Below, in pieces: positions 26,593 through 34,273 of a stretch of DNA of 64,000 bases. Within the stretch, counting starts at the first letter, position 1; every line of letters begins with the position of its first letter. The notes below the pieces were generated by a model. It worked only from the letters and a program-made list of their open reading frames with translations. It ran no database searches and had not been told where the DNA came from. The position numbers were made by a program, and so were the translations under genes. Source of the DNA: Rhodothermales bacterium (GTDB lineage Bacteria; Bacteroidota; Rhodothermia; Rhodothermales; JANQRZ01); the NCBI GenBank assembly GCA_965215165.1, contig CBDCCX010000006.1, positions 3,417,097 to 3,481,096 on the forward strand. The letters run 5' to 3'.

Positions 26593-27384
26593 TCAGCCTA
26601 AATATCCGCGCACGACGGACTCGACGATCAGGTACCACCCGTCGGTGAGCACGAACAGCAGCAGCTTGATCGGCAGCGAGATCATCACCGGCGGCAGCAT
26701 CATCATGCCCATCGACATCAGCACGCTCGCCACGATCAGGTCGACCACCAGGAACGGCAGGAACAGCATGAACCCGATCTGGAAGGCGATCCGCAGCTCG
26801 GAGATCACGAACGCCGGCACCAGCACGTGCAGCGGCACCTCATCGACCGTCGCGAACGGGTCGAGGTCGGCCATGTCCATGAAGAGCATCAGGTCCTTGT
26901 CGCGCGTCTGCTCCAGCATGAACGCCTTCGTCGGCGCGGCGGCGAGCGCGAGCGCCTCGTCCTGCGCGAGGGTGCCGTCGAGGTAGGGGGCGAGCGCGTT
27001 CGTGTTGACCTCCTCGATCACCGGGGCCATCACGAAGAACGTCAGGAAGAGCGCCAGCCCGACGATGATCTGCGTCGGCGGCGACTGCTGCATCCCGAGC
27101 GCGGTGCGGAGGATGCTGAAGACGACCACGAGCCGCGTGAAGCTGGTCATCAGGATGATGATCGACGGCGCGAGCGTGAGCACCGTCAGCAGCAGCAGGA
27201 GCTGGATCGGGAGGGCGAGGTCCTCGTCGCCCTTCGTCAGCGAGACGCCCGGCAGCGGCGAGAGCACGCTGCCCGACGCGGCTGCCGCCTCAGCCCCCTG
27301 CTCGGCCGGGGCCGTCTGCGCCACCACCTCGGGCGCGAGGCCGACGAGCAGCAGGACGAGCAGGAGCCGGCGGAGGTCAGGCAT
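26593..27384 (-). CDS. fliP: Flagellar export gate protein FliP
   Basis: MTSFTR, QQSPP, PAFVISELRIAFQIGF, MGMMMLPP, DGW. Confidence 0.96.
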   Translation of the reverse strand: MPDLRRLLLVLLLVGLAPEVVAQTAPAEQGAEAAAASGSVLSPLPGVSLTKGDEDLALPIQLLLLLTVLTLAPSIIILMTSFTRLVVVFSILRTALGMQQSPPTQIIVGLALFLTFFVMAPVIEEVNTNALAPYLDGTLAQDEALALAAAPTKAFMLEQTRDKDLMLFMDMADLDPFATVDEVPLHVLVPAFVISELRIAFQIGFMLFLPFLVVDLIVASVLMSMGMMMLPPVMISLPIKLLLFVLTDGWYLIVESVVRGYLG

Positions 27385-27928
27385 GGGTCCCGAGGCTACT
27401 CCCAAGGCTACCGTGGAGAAGCGCGCCGAAGCGGGGCGGCGGCTCGCCATCGAAACCAGCACCGAGACCGGCACCGGGAGCAGCACCGAAATCAGCGGGG
27501 TCGGAAACGGTCGCGTCGCCCGCTAGGTCGTCCGGGTAGCGTTGCAGGAGCGTGATCTGTCCGGCCGTGACGCCGAGCAGCAGCACCTCGCCGCGGCAGC
27601 GGACGAGCCGGAGGCTCTGCCCCTGCGCCAGCGGAAGCTGCCCGACGAGCCGGAGTGGCGAGGCCCCGCTCGGGGTGTCGGCCTGCTGCCGGAGGCGAAG
27701 GGCGAGCAGGCCGCCTCCGGCCAGGAGCGCGAGCGCGATCAGGTTGCCCGCGCTGAAAAGCCGAGGGCCGCTACGCCCGCCGCGCACTGCCTCGTACGCG
27801 ACCTCCGGGTCCGAGGCCGACGAGGGCGCAAGCTGAACGGCGACGAAGAGAATGACGAGGCCGAGCCCGAAGAGCAACGCCCGGCGCAGGGGCGGCGAGA
27901 GCGAGGCGAGCGGCAGGGGGAGGCGCAT
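27377..27928 (-). CDS. fliO: Flagellar protein FliO/FliZ
   Basis: Position between fliN and fliP; TM then LRLVGQLPL..LLLGVTAGQITLL. Confidence 0.8.
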   Translation of the reverse strand: MRLPLPLASLSPPLRRALLFGLGLVILFVAVQLAPSSASDPEVAYEAVRGGRSGPRLFSAGNLIALALLAGGGLLALRLRQQADTPSGASPLRLVGQLPLAQGQSLRLVRCRGEVLLLGVTAGQITLLQRYPDDLAGDATVSDPADFGAAPGAGLGAGFDGEPPPRFGALLHGSLGSSLGTHA

Positions 27929-27990
27929 GGCGGAGGACGCGGCAAGTAGATACACCGGGCGGAGCCTGCACCGGCGTGACATCCGCGTCC

Positions 27991-28005
27991 GCTAAAACGA
28001 TGCCA
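27991..28005 (-). promoter_or_regulatory. Candidate sigma54 promoter upstream of fliO
   Basis: TGGCATCGTTTTAGC = GG-N10-GC. Confidence 0.5.
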
Positions 28006-28087
28006 GCCGCTCCGCACCCTCGCCAAACCAGCCTGTTCCGTCGCCACAGGCCGATTTGCGATGCGCGTACTTGTGCTCGGGCCGCGC

Positions 28088-28519
28088 TCAGGGGAACGTG
28101 TTGCCGCCCGGCTTCGGCGCGGCCAGCTTCGTGATCCGCACCCCGAACTGCTCGTCCACCACGACCGCTTCGCCCTCGGCGATGAGCCGGCCGTTGGCGT
28201 AGACCGACAGCGACTCGCCGACCATCTTTTCCAGCTCGACCACGCTGCCCACGCCGAGGCGGAGCACGTCGGCCAGCGGCAGGTGCCGCCGCCCGAGCTC
28301 GACCGTCACGTCGAGCTCGACGTCGTGGAGGACGTGGAGGTTGGTCGGCATCACGCCGTCGCCGTCGAGGTGCTCGGCCCCCACGTCGGGGAAGGCGGCG
28401 GCGGCGACCTCGACGCCAGCGGCATCTGTGGGAGGCGCGTCCTTGGTCGGTGCGTCTTCGGTTGCGGGGCCGCCGGGGGCCACGTCGGGAGCCTCGGCGT
28501 CGGGGGCGTCAGGATTCAT
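28088..28519 (-). CDS. fliN: Flagellar motor switch protein FliN
   Basis: DVELDVTVELG, GSVVELEK, GEAVVVDEQFGVRI. Confidence 0.95.
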   Translation of the reverse strand: MNPDAPDAEAPDVAPGGPATEDAPTKDAPPTDAAGVEVAAAAFPDVGAEHLDGDGVMPTNLHVLHDVELDVTVELGRRHLPLADVLRLGVGSVVELEKMVGESLSVYANGRLIAEGEAVVVDEQFGVRITKLAAPKPGGNTFP

Positions 28520-29459
28520 CGTCGTCGTAGAAGAGGAGGGGTTCGGGAGGGGGGGCGAGGGCTTCGACGATGCGAAGGGCGCAGCGCGAGCCGGAGCGGC
28601 CGGCCGTCGCGCGGAAGCGCTGGTGCTCGCCGACGTAGACCGGCAGGGCCTCGGTGGGCCGCCGCCGCAGCGGGATCACGTCGCCGACGGCCAGGTGGAG
28701 GAGGTCGCCGAGCGGGAGCCGGGTGCGGCCCAACTCAGCCGTGAGGGCGACGGCGGTGCTGCCGACGGCCTCCTCGTAGCGCTCGCGCACCGGCCCTGGC
28801 GTCTCGTCGGGCGGCTCGGACACCTGCCGGCCCGCGCCGGGCGCGTTCATCACCTGGTGGACGAACGAGAACGGGTAGCACAGCCGCAGCGGCGCGCACT
28901 GCTCGCGGACGCACGCCTCGAAGGTCACGATCACGACGGGCGCGTCGTCGGGCAGAAGCTGCACGAACGGGGCTTCCTGCTCGTAGCCGACTTGCCGGAG
29001 CGCGAGCGGGGCCACGTCCCCCCAGCTCGTGCCCAGGTCGGCGAAGCCGTGGGCGGCCAGGCGGTGTGCCACGCGCTGCTCGATCTGCGAGAGGGGCCGC
29101 GCCTCGTCAGCCAGGGTACCGGTCCCGCCGAAGAGCCGCTCGGCCACGAAGAGCGCGAGGCGCGGGTCCACCTCCAGCAGGAACCGCTGCTCGATGGCCT
29201 TGGCCTCGCCGATGAAGAGCGCCGACGGCGAGGCGCTCGACGCGACGAAGTCGGCGTAGGTCTTCTGCTCGACCGCGCGCGTCGACACCTCGACGAGCAT
29301 CCGGAGCTGGACCGAGAGGTAGACCGCGAGCCGCCGCCCGAACGCCTCGTGGACGGTGTGGAGCGTGCGCAGCAGCTCGTGCGAGAGCAGGCGCGGCTGC
29401 CGGAAGTCGTACGGCTGCGCCTGCGGCGCGGGCGGGGTCGGGGCGGGGGCAGCGCTCAT
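28509..29459 (-). CDS. fliM: Flagellar motor switch protein FliM (lacks N-terminal CheY-binding peptide)
   Basis: YDFRQP, LFGGTG..RPLSQIE, LCYP, SpoA C-terminus. Confidence 0.9.
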   Translation of the reverse strand: MSAAPAPTPPAPQAQPYDFRQPRLLSHELLRTLHTVHEAFGRRLAVYLSVQLRMLVEVSTRAVEQKTYADFVASSASPSALFIGEAKAIEQRFLLEVDPRLALFVAERLFGGTGTLADEARPLSQIEQRVAHRLAAHGFADLGTSWGDVAPLALRQVGYEQEAPFVQLLPDDAPVVIVTFEACVREQCAPLRLCYPFSFVHQVMNAPGAGRQVSEPPDETPGPVRERYEEAVGSTAVALTAELGRTRLPLGDLLHLAVGDVIPLRRRPTEALPVYVGEHQRFRATAGRSGSRCALRIVEALAPPPEPLLFYDDDES

Positions 29460-29980
29460 TGGAGGACGTACTGGGTGAAGTAGAGCCGGTCGATCTGGTC
29501 CGGGCCGAGGATGACGTTGACCGTGTCCCGGATCTCGGTCTTGAGCGAGTCGCGGAACCCGATGGCCGCGAGCTGGTCGACGGTCTTCTTGCTGAGGATG
29601 TCCAGGACCGCGTCGCGCACGGCGACCTCCTTGGCAGTGAGCGCCTCGAGGGCCTTCTCCTGCTGGCTCTCGAAGCCGACGTTGACCATCAGGTACCGCT
29701 GCCCCTGGGAGCCGGCCGGGTTGACGATCAGGCCGTGAATTTCGGAGAAGGCTCCGTACTCGACGGGCGCTGCGGTCTCGTCAGGCTCCGCCTCGGCCGG
29801 CGCGTCGCCTACGCCGAGGAGCCCGCGCATCGTCTCGTGCTGGCTCACGGCGACGCCCGCGCCGAGCAGCGTTGGCACCAGGACGGCGGCGGCGAGGATC
29901 AGCTTGCGCTTGCCGGGCTTGGGGGCGTCGGCTACGGCTGCGTCGTCGCCAGGGCTGGGATCGTCGGCTCGGTCGGCCAT
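29456..29980 (-). CDS. fliL: Flagellar basal body protein FliL
   Basis: One TM, IVNPAG..RYL, LYFTQYVLQ. Confidence 0.92.
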   Translation of the reverse strand: MADRADDPSPGDDAAVADAPKPGKRKLILAAAVLVPTLLGAGVAVSQHETMRGLLGVGDAPAEAEPDETAAPVEYGAFSEIHGLIVNPAGSQGQRYLMVNVGFESQQEKALEALTAKEVAVRDAVLDILSKKTVDQLAAIGFRDSLKTEIRDTVNVILGPDQIDRLYFTQYVLQ

Positions 29981-30678
29981 GTCGGGTTCCACTCGAAGAA
30001 GATGTCGACGCGGCGGTTGCGCGCGCGTCCGGCGGCGGTGTCGTTGGGGACGAGGGGGCGGTGCTCGCCGTGCCCGAGCGCGGTGCACTGCGCCGGCGGG
30101 AGGGCGTCGGGGAGGTCGAGCAGGAAACGGACGACCGAGGCGGCGCGCGCGGCCGACAGCTCCCAGTTGGACGGGTAGCGCACCGTCTGGATGGGCCGGT
30201 CGTCGGTGTGGCCCTCCACGGTGACGGCGGCGACGTGCTCGCGCAGCAGCTCGGCGAGGGTCGCCAGGAGCTGGCGCGAGGGGTCGATCAGGTCGGCCGC
30301 GCCGGAGCGGAACATCACCGAGTCGGTGACGATGACGCGCAGGCCCGCCTCGGTCAGGCTCACGCTCACGTCGTCGGTCAGGCCCTGCTCCTCGAGGTAG
30401 CGCTGGACCTCCTCGAAGGCCTCGGCCTGGCGGCGGGTCTTGGCGTCGAGCGACGACTGGCGGCGCATCGTCGGGGTGATGGTCTCGTGCTGGAGCAGGC
30501 CGGTGCTGCCCTTGAAGTAGCTCAGCGCCTCCTCGAACTTCTTAACCTCGACCTCGGACATGGCGACGATCATCACGAAGAAGGTCAGCAGCAGCGTCAT
30601 CATGTCGCTGAAGGTCGCCATCCAGAAGGGGGCGGTCGGCTCGTCGTCCTCGGCATCTTGGTTGAACTCGTCGGCCAC
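29932..30678 (-). CDS. motB: Flagellar stator protein MotB
   Basis: WMATFSDMMTLLLTFFV, VEGHTDD, SNWELSAARA, NRRVDI. Confidence 0.95.
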   Translation of the reverse strand: MADEFNQDAEDDEPTAPFWMATFSDMMTLLLTFFVMIVAMSEVEVKKFEEALSYFKGSTGLLQHETITPTMRRQSSLDAKTRRQAEAFEEVQRYLEEQGLTDDVSVSLTEAGLRVIVTDSVMFRSGAADLIDPSRQLLATLAELLREHVAAVTVEGHTDDRPIQTVRYPSNWELSAARAASVVRFLLDLPDALPPAQCTALGHGEHRPLVPNDTAAGRARNRRVDIFFEWNPTWPTEPTIPALATTQP

Positions 30679-30690
30679 GGCGGGGGGCGA

Positions 30691-31485
30691 TTAGGCGGCT
30701 TGCTTGAGCGGCGGGGCGGCCTCGGCCTCGCCGGCCTCGGCCGGCTCGCCGGTGGTGTAGAGCGCGAGGCGCTTCTCGACCATGATCGGGGCCTCGCCGC
30801 GGACGATGGCGAGCACGCCGGCGTGGACCATCTGGTGGGCCTTGGCCGTCGAGCCGAGCTGCGCCTTGAGCTTGGCCGCGAACGGCAGGCAGACCAGGTT
30901 GGCGAAGAGCGCGCCGTAGAAGGTGGTGATCATGGCGACGGCCATCGCGGGGCCGATGGCGCTGGGGTCGGCGAGGTTCTGGAGCATCTGGATGAGTCCA
31001 ATCAGCGTGCCAACCATGCCGAAGGCCGGGGCGTAGGTGCCGGCCGTGTTGAAGAACCGCGCGGCGACGCCCTGGGCCTTCAGCTCATTTTTGATGCGGC
31101 CGGCCATCAGCTCGTCCACCTCGGCGGCCTCGGTGCCGTCGACGGCCAGCTCCAGCCCGAACCGTATGAGCGGGTTCTCGAACGTGGCGAGCTTGCTGTC
31201 GAGCGCGAGCAGCCCGTCCTTGCGGACCAGACGGGCTAGCTCGGCAAACTGCGTCACCAGCGCTTGGTAGGGGGGCTCCTCGTACGAGAAGAACGTCTTG
31301 AGCGCCGGCCCGATGGACTTCAGCTCGTCGGCCGAGAACGCGACAGCCAGCGCCGCCGCCGTCCCGCCGAGCACGATGGCGATCGACTTCGGGTCGATGA
31401 ACGTCATCCAGCCGCCACCGAGGAAGATGGCGGCGAACACGAGGCCGAAGCCGGTCACGAGGCCGACGAGCGTGGTCTTGTTCAT
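30691..31485 (-). CDS. motA: Flagellar stator protein MotA (PomA/MotP-like)
   Basis: IVLGGT, RKDGLLAL, PAFGMVGTLIGL, AMITTFYG. Confidence 0.95.
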   Translation of the reverse strand: MNKTTLVGLVTGFGLVFAAIFLGGGWMTFIDPKSIAIVLGGTAAALAVAFSADELKSIGPALKTFFSYEEPPYQALVTQFAELARLVRKDGLLALDSKLATFENPLIRFGLELAVDGTEAAEVDELMAGRIKNELKAQGVAARFFNTAGTYAPAFGMVGTLIGLIQMLQNLADPSAIGPAMAVAMITTFYGALFANLVCLPFAAKLKAQLGSTAKAHQMVHAGVLAIVRGEAPIMVEKRLALYTTGEPAEAGEAEAAPPLKQAA

Positions 31486-31574
31486 CCGGCGGCGGACGGG
31501 GAAAGAGGAACGGATGCCCGGCCGCGCGCGGCAATCCTTGCCGCCCGGCCGCCGGAGTGAGAGGGGTACCTGGG

Positions 31575-31601
31575 TTATCGGCCACCGCCACCCGGTTTAA
31601 G
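31575..31601 (-). promoter_or_regulatory. sigma28 (FliA) promoter of motAB
   Basis: CTTAA-N14-GCCGATAA. Confidence 0.75.
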
Positions 31602-31658
31602 AGCGGAGACGATATTTTTGGCGGCAGCGCGTGGGAGGACGGGCCTCGCTTCTCACAG

Positions 31659-31692
31659 GAAGCCCCACGCCGGAGGACCGACGCGGGGCTTC
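31659..31692 (-). terminator. Hairpin downstream of flgE
   Basis: GAAGCCCCGCGTCGG-TCCT-CCGGCGTGGGGCTTC on minus strand; weak U tail. Confidence 0.5.
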
Positions 31693-31739
31693 GTAAACAG
31701 TCCTAGACCCTACGGATCAGAGGACGCTAACCTGCTCGC

Positions 31740-32966
31740 CTACCGCTTGAGCGACACCACCTCCTGGAGAAGCTCGTCGGAGGTCGTGATGACCCGCGCC
31801 GAGGCCTGGTAGCCGCGCTGCGTCACGATCATGTCGGTGAACTCGGCCGCCAAGTCCACGTTGCTCATCTCGAGCGCCCCGGCGAGGATGCCCGTGTTGA
31901 CCTCCTGCCCGGCCCGGCCGAGGACGAGGTCGCCGGCGGCGCTGGTCAGCCCGTAGAAGTTGTCGCCGAGCTGCTGGAGGCCGTTCTGGTTGGTGACCGT
32001 CCCGATGGCGAGCTGGGTGACGGGCCGCTGCTCGCCGTTCGAGAAGCTCAGCACCACCGACCCCGAGGGGTCGATGCCGAAGCCGACGAGCCGCCCGGCG
32101 GCCTGCCCGTCCTGGCTGGGCACCGCCACGGTGGAGGACCCGCCGAACTGCGTCACGTCGTCGAAGTTGAGCGTGATCGCGAGGGTGTCGTTGTTGGTGT
32201 CCGGGAAGACGCCGTCCAGGTCGATCGTCGCCGGGGTCGGCCCGGTGAGGTTGCCGTCGATGTCGAACTCGAGGTCGATGCCGGTGCCGTTGAGGGCGGT
32301 CGGCGCGACGGGCGGGGTGGCGTCGGGGTCGCCGGCCAGCTCGGCGGTGCTGAGGGTCCAGGTGTCGAGGTCGCTCATCTCGAAGGTGAGCACGAGCGTG
32401 TGCGGGGTGCCCTGCGCGTCGTAGACGACGGTCGACATCGTGGCGTCGCTGCCCTCCTCGTTCGGGACCAGGTCCGAGGAGAAGTTGCCGGCGACGGTGA
32501 CGTTCTCGGTCTCCTCGGGCGGCGAGGTCGCGTTGAGGTCCACCTGGACGTCCTGCGTGGCCCCGGTCGTGATCGTGCCGTCGGGGTTGTAGGCCCAGCC
32601 CTGGACGTTCATGCCATTGGCGGTGACCAGGTAGCCGTCGGGGTCGAACTGGAAGTTGCCGCTGCGCGTGAGCGCGTCGCCCTCGGAGCCGCTGACGACG
32701 AAGTAGCCGTCGCCGGCGAGCGCGAGGTCGGTGGCGAGGTTGGTGTACTCGAACGAGCCCTGGGCGAAGGACTGGTCGATGGCCCCGACGATCGCGCCGT
32801 TGCCGACGTTGCCGCCGGGCACGTTCTGCCCGAGCATGTCGTGGAAGGCCACGCGGCCGCGCTTGAAGGCGACCGTGTTGACGTTGGCGATGTTGTTACC
32901 GATGACGTCCATGCGGACCTGGTGGCTGCGAAGGCCGAGGACGCCGGTGCGGAGGGAACGAATCAT
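31740..32966 (-). CDS. flgE: Flagellar hook protein FlgE
   Basis: MDVIGNNIANVNT, TRSGNF, LEMSNVDLAAEFTDMIVTQRGYQA. Confidence 0.96.
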   Translation of the reverse strand: MIRSLRTGVLGLRSHQVRMDVIGNNIANVNTVAFKRGRVAFHDMLGQNVPGGNVGNGAIVGAIDQSFAQGSFEYTNLATDLALAGDGYFVVSGSEGDALTRSGNFQFDPDGYLVTANGMNVQGWAYNPDGTITTGATQDVQVDLNATSPPEETENVTVAGNFSSDLVPNEEGSDATMSTVVYDAQGTPHTLVLTFEMSDLDTWTLSTAELAGDPDATPPVAPTALNGTGIDLEFDIDGNLTGPTPATIDLDGVFPDTNNDTLAITLNFDDVTQFGGSSTVAVPSQDGQAAGRLVGFGIDPSGSVVLSFSNGEQRPVTQLAIGTVTNQNGLQQLGDNFYGLTSAAGDLVLGRAGQEVNTGILAGALEMSNVDLAAEFTDMIVTQRGYQASARVITTSDELLQEVVSLKR

Positions 32967-33080
32967 GTTTTTACCTTTTGGGTTAGGGTCCGCAGCGTCC
33001 GTCGGTCGGCTGCGGCTCGGCTTCCCGGAGAGGTCCGGCCGAGGGGGTTTGAGTAGGGGTCGGTGGGTAGCGAGCGCGAG

Positions 33081-33476
33081 CTAGAGGAGCAGCGCGCTGT
33101 CGATCTGGGTGAAGGCGCGGTCCCGCAGCTCGTCGGCGGCAACAGCCGTGACGACGGTTCGCGAGGGGACGCTGACGACGAAGGCGGCATCGCTCCGCAG
33201 CAGGAGCGCGTCGCGCGCGCCCTTGGCGTCGAGGAGCTGCACGGCGTCGGCGAGGGACCGCCGCTCGGCCGCGTCGAGCGAGATGCCGCGCTCCTGGAGG
33301 CGGCGCTCGGCGTGGGCCGAGAGCGTGATCCCGTCGTCGGCGTTCCGCGCTCGGTGGAGCGCGTCGGCGAACGAGGGCGCGCCGGGCGGGGTCGGCGCAC
33401 GCGGTGCGTTCGGGCGGACGCCGGCCGCGCCGGGACCGTCGACGCGCGCGGCGAGATGACGAACGTTCATAGGCAT
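33081..33476 (-). CDS. Flagellar operon protein (TIGR02530-like)
   Basis: LSAHAERRLQERGI, KGARDALL, VVSVPSRTVVTA, FTQIDSA; between flgD and flgE. Confidence 0.85.
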   Translation of the reverse strand: MPMNVRHLAARVDGPGAAGVRPNAPRAPTPPGAPSFADALHRARNADDGITLSAHAERRLQERGISLDAAERRSLADAVQLLDAKGARDALLLRSDAAFVVSVPSRTVVTAVAADELRDRAFTQIDSALLL

Positions 33477-33486
33477 CGGAAGTTGG

Positions 33487-33522
33487 TTGGGGAGTCGACA
33501 GGTTTTGGGGAGTCGACAGGTT
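33487..33522. repeat. 18-bp tandem duplication at flgD 3' end
   Basis: TTGGGGAGTCGACAGGTT x2. Confidence 0.85.
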
Positions 33523-34255
33523 AGGGAGTAGAAAGTGTGCCGCCGCCCGGCGACTCGCCGTCCGGCTCAGGAGCGACGATGCTGCGGAGGTCGTCGAGCC
33601 GGACCGAGCGCTCGCCGAACCAGAGCATCACGTGGCCCTGCTCGATCGTGATGCGGTCGACGGTCCCGCGAACGAAGCGCGTTGCGCCCACGGCGTCGCC
33701 GTCAGAGGTCTCGGCGCTGACCTCGAAGGTGTAGGTCCCCTCGGGGACCTCCGTGCCGTCGTCGTTCTGCCCGTCCCACGACAGGTCGTGGCTCCCGGCG
33801 TCGCGCGCGCCGAGCGTGAGCGTGCGGACCACGTCCCCGTCGGCGTTCGTGATCGTGACCTCGACCTCGGCCGCCGCGCCGCCCAGCTCGAAGCCGAAGT
33901 CCGTCGCCTCGGTCCCGTTCCAGGCGACCTCGCGGCTGGCGACCTCGACCGTCTGCCCGAGCATCGCCGAGGCCGTGCTGAGGTTCGACCCGCTGGCGTA
34001 GGCTCCGGCGAGCGCCGAGAGTTGGCCCGAGTGGGCATCGAGCGTAGCGCTGATGTTGGCGAGCTGCTCGACCGATGAGAACTGCGCGAGCTGGGCGACG
34101 AACTCGTGCCCCTCCTGCGGGTTGAGCGGGTCCTGGTTGCGGAGCTGCGCCACGAGCAGGTTCAGGAACTCGTCCTTGCCGAGGCTCGGGTCGCCGAACG
34201 TCTGCAACGACGGGCCGGGCGTGCTCTCGGCAGGGTTGAAGGATGCGATATCCAT
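33521..34255 (-). CDS. flgD: Flagellar hook capping protein FlgD
   Basis: [33 protein letters not shown]. Confidence 0.96.
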   Translation of the reverse strand: MDIASFNPAESTPGPSLQTFGDPSLGKDEFLNLLVAQLRNQDPLNPQEGHEFVAQLAQFSSVEQLANISATLDAHSGQLSALAGAYASGSNLSTASAMLGQTVEVASREVAWNGTEATDFGFELGGAAAEVEVTITNADGDVVRTLTLGARDAGSHDLSWDGQNDDGTEVPEGTYTFEVSAETSDGDAVGATRFVRGTVDRITIEQGHVMLWFGERSVRLDDLRSIVAPEPDGESPGGGTLSTP

Positions 34256-34273
34256 TGGGCGTGGGGGACCGGG

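Noticed and set aside
31486-31739. Possible c-di-GMP riboswitch in the long motA leader
   Set aside because: No recognisable GEMM consensus; the region is explained by a hairpin and a sigma28 promoter
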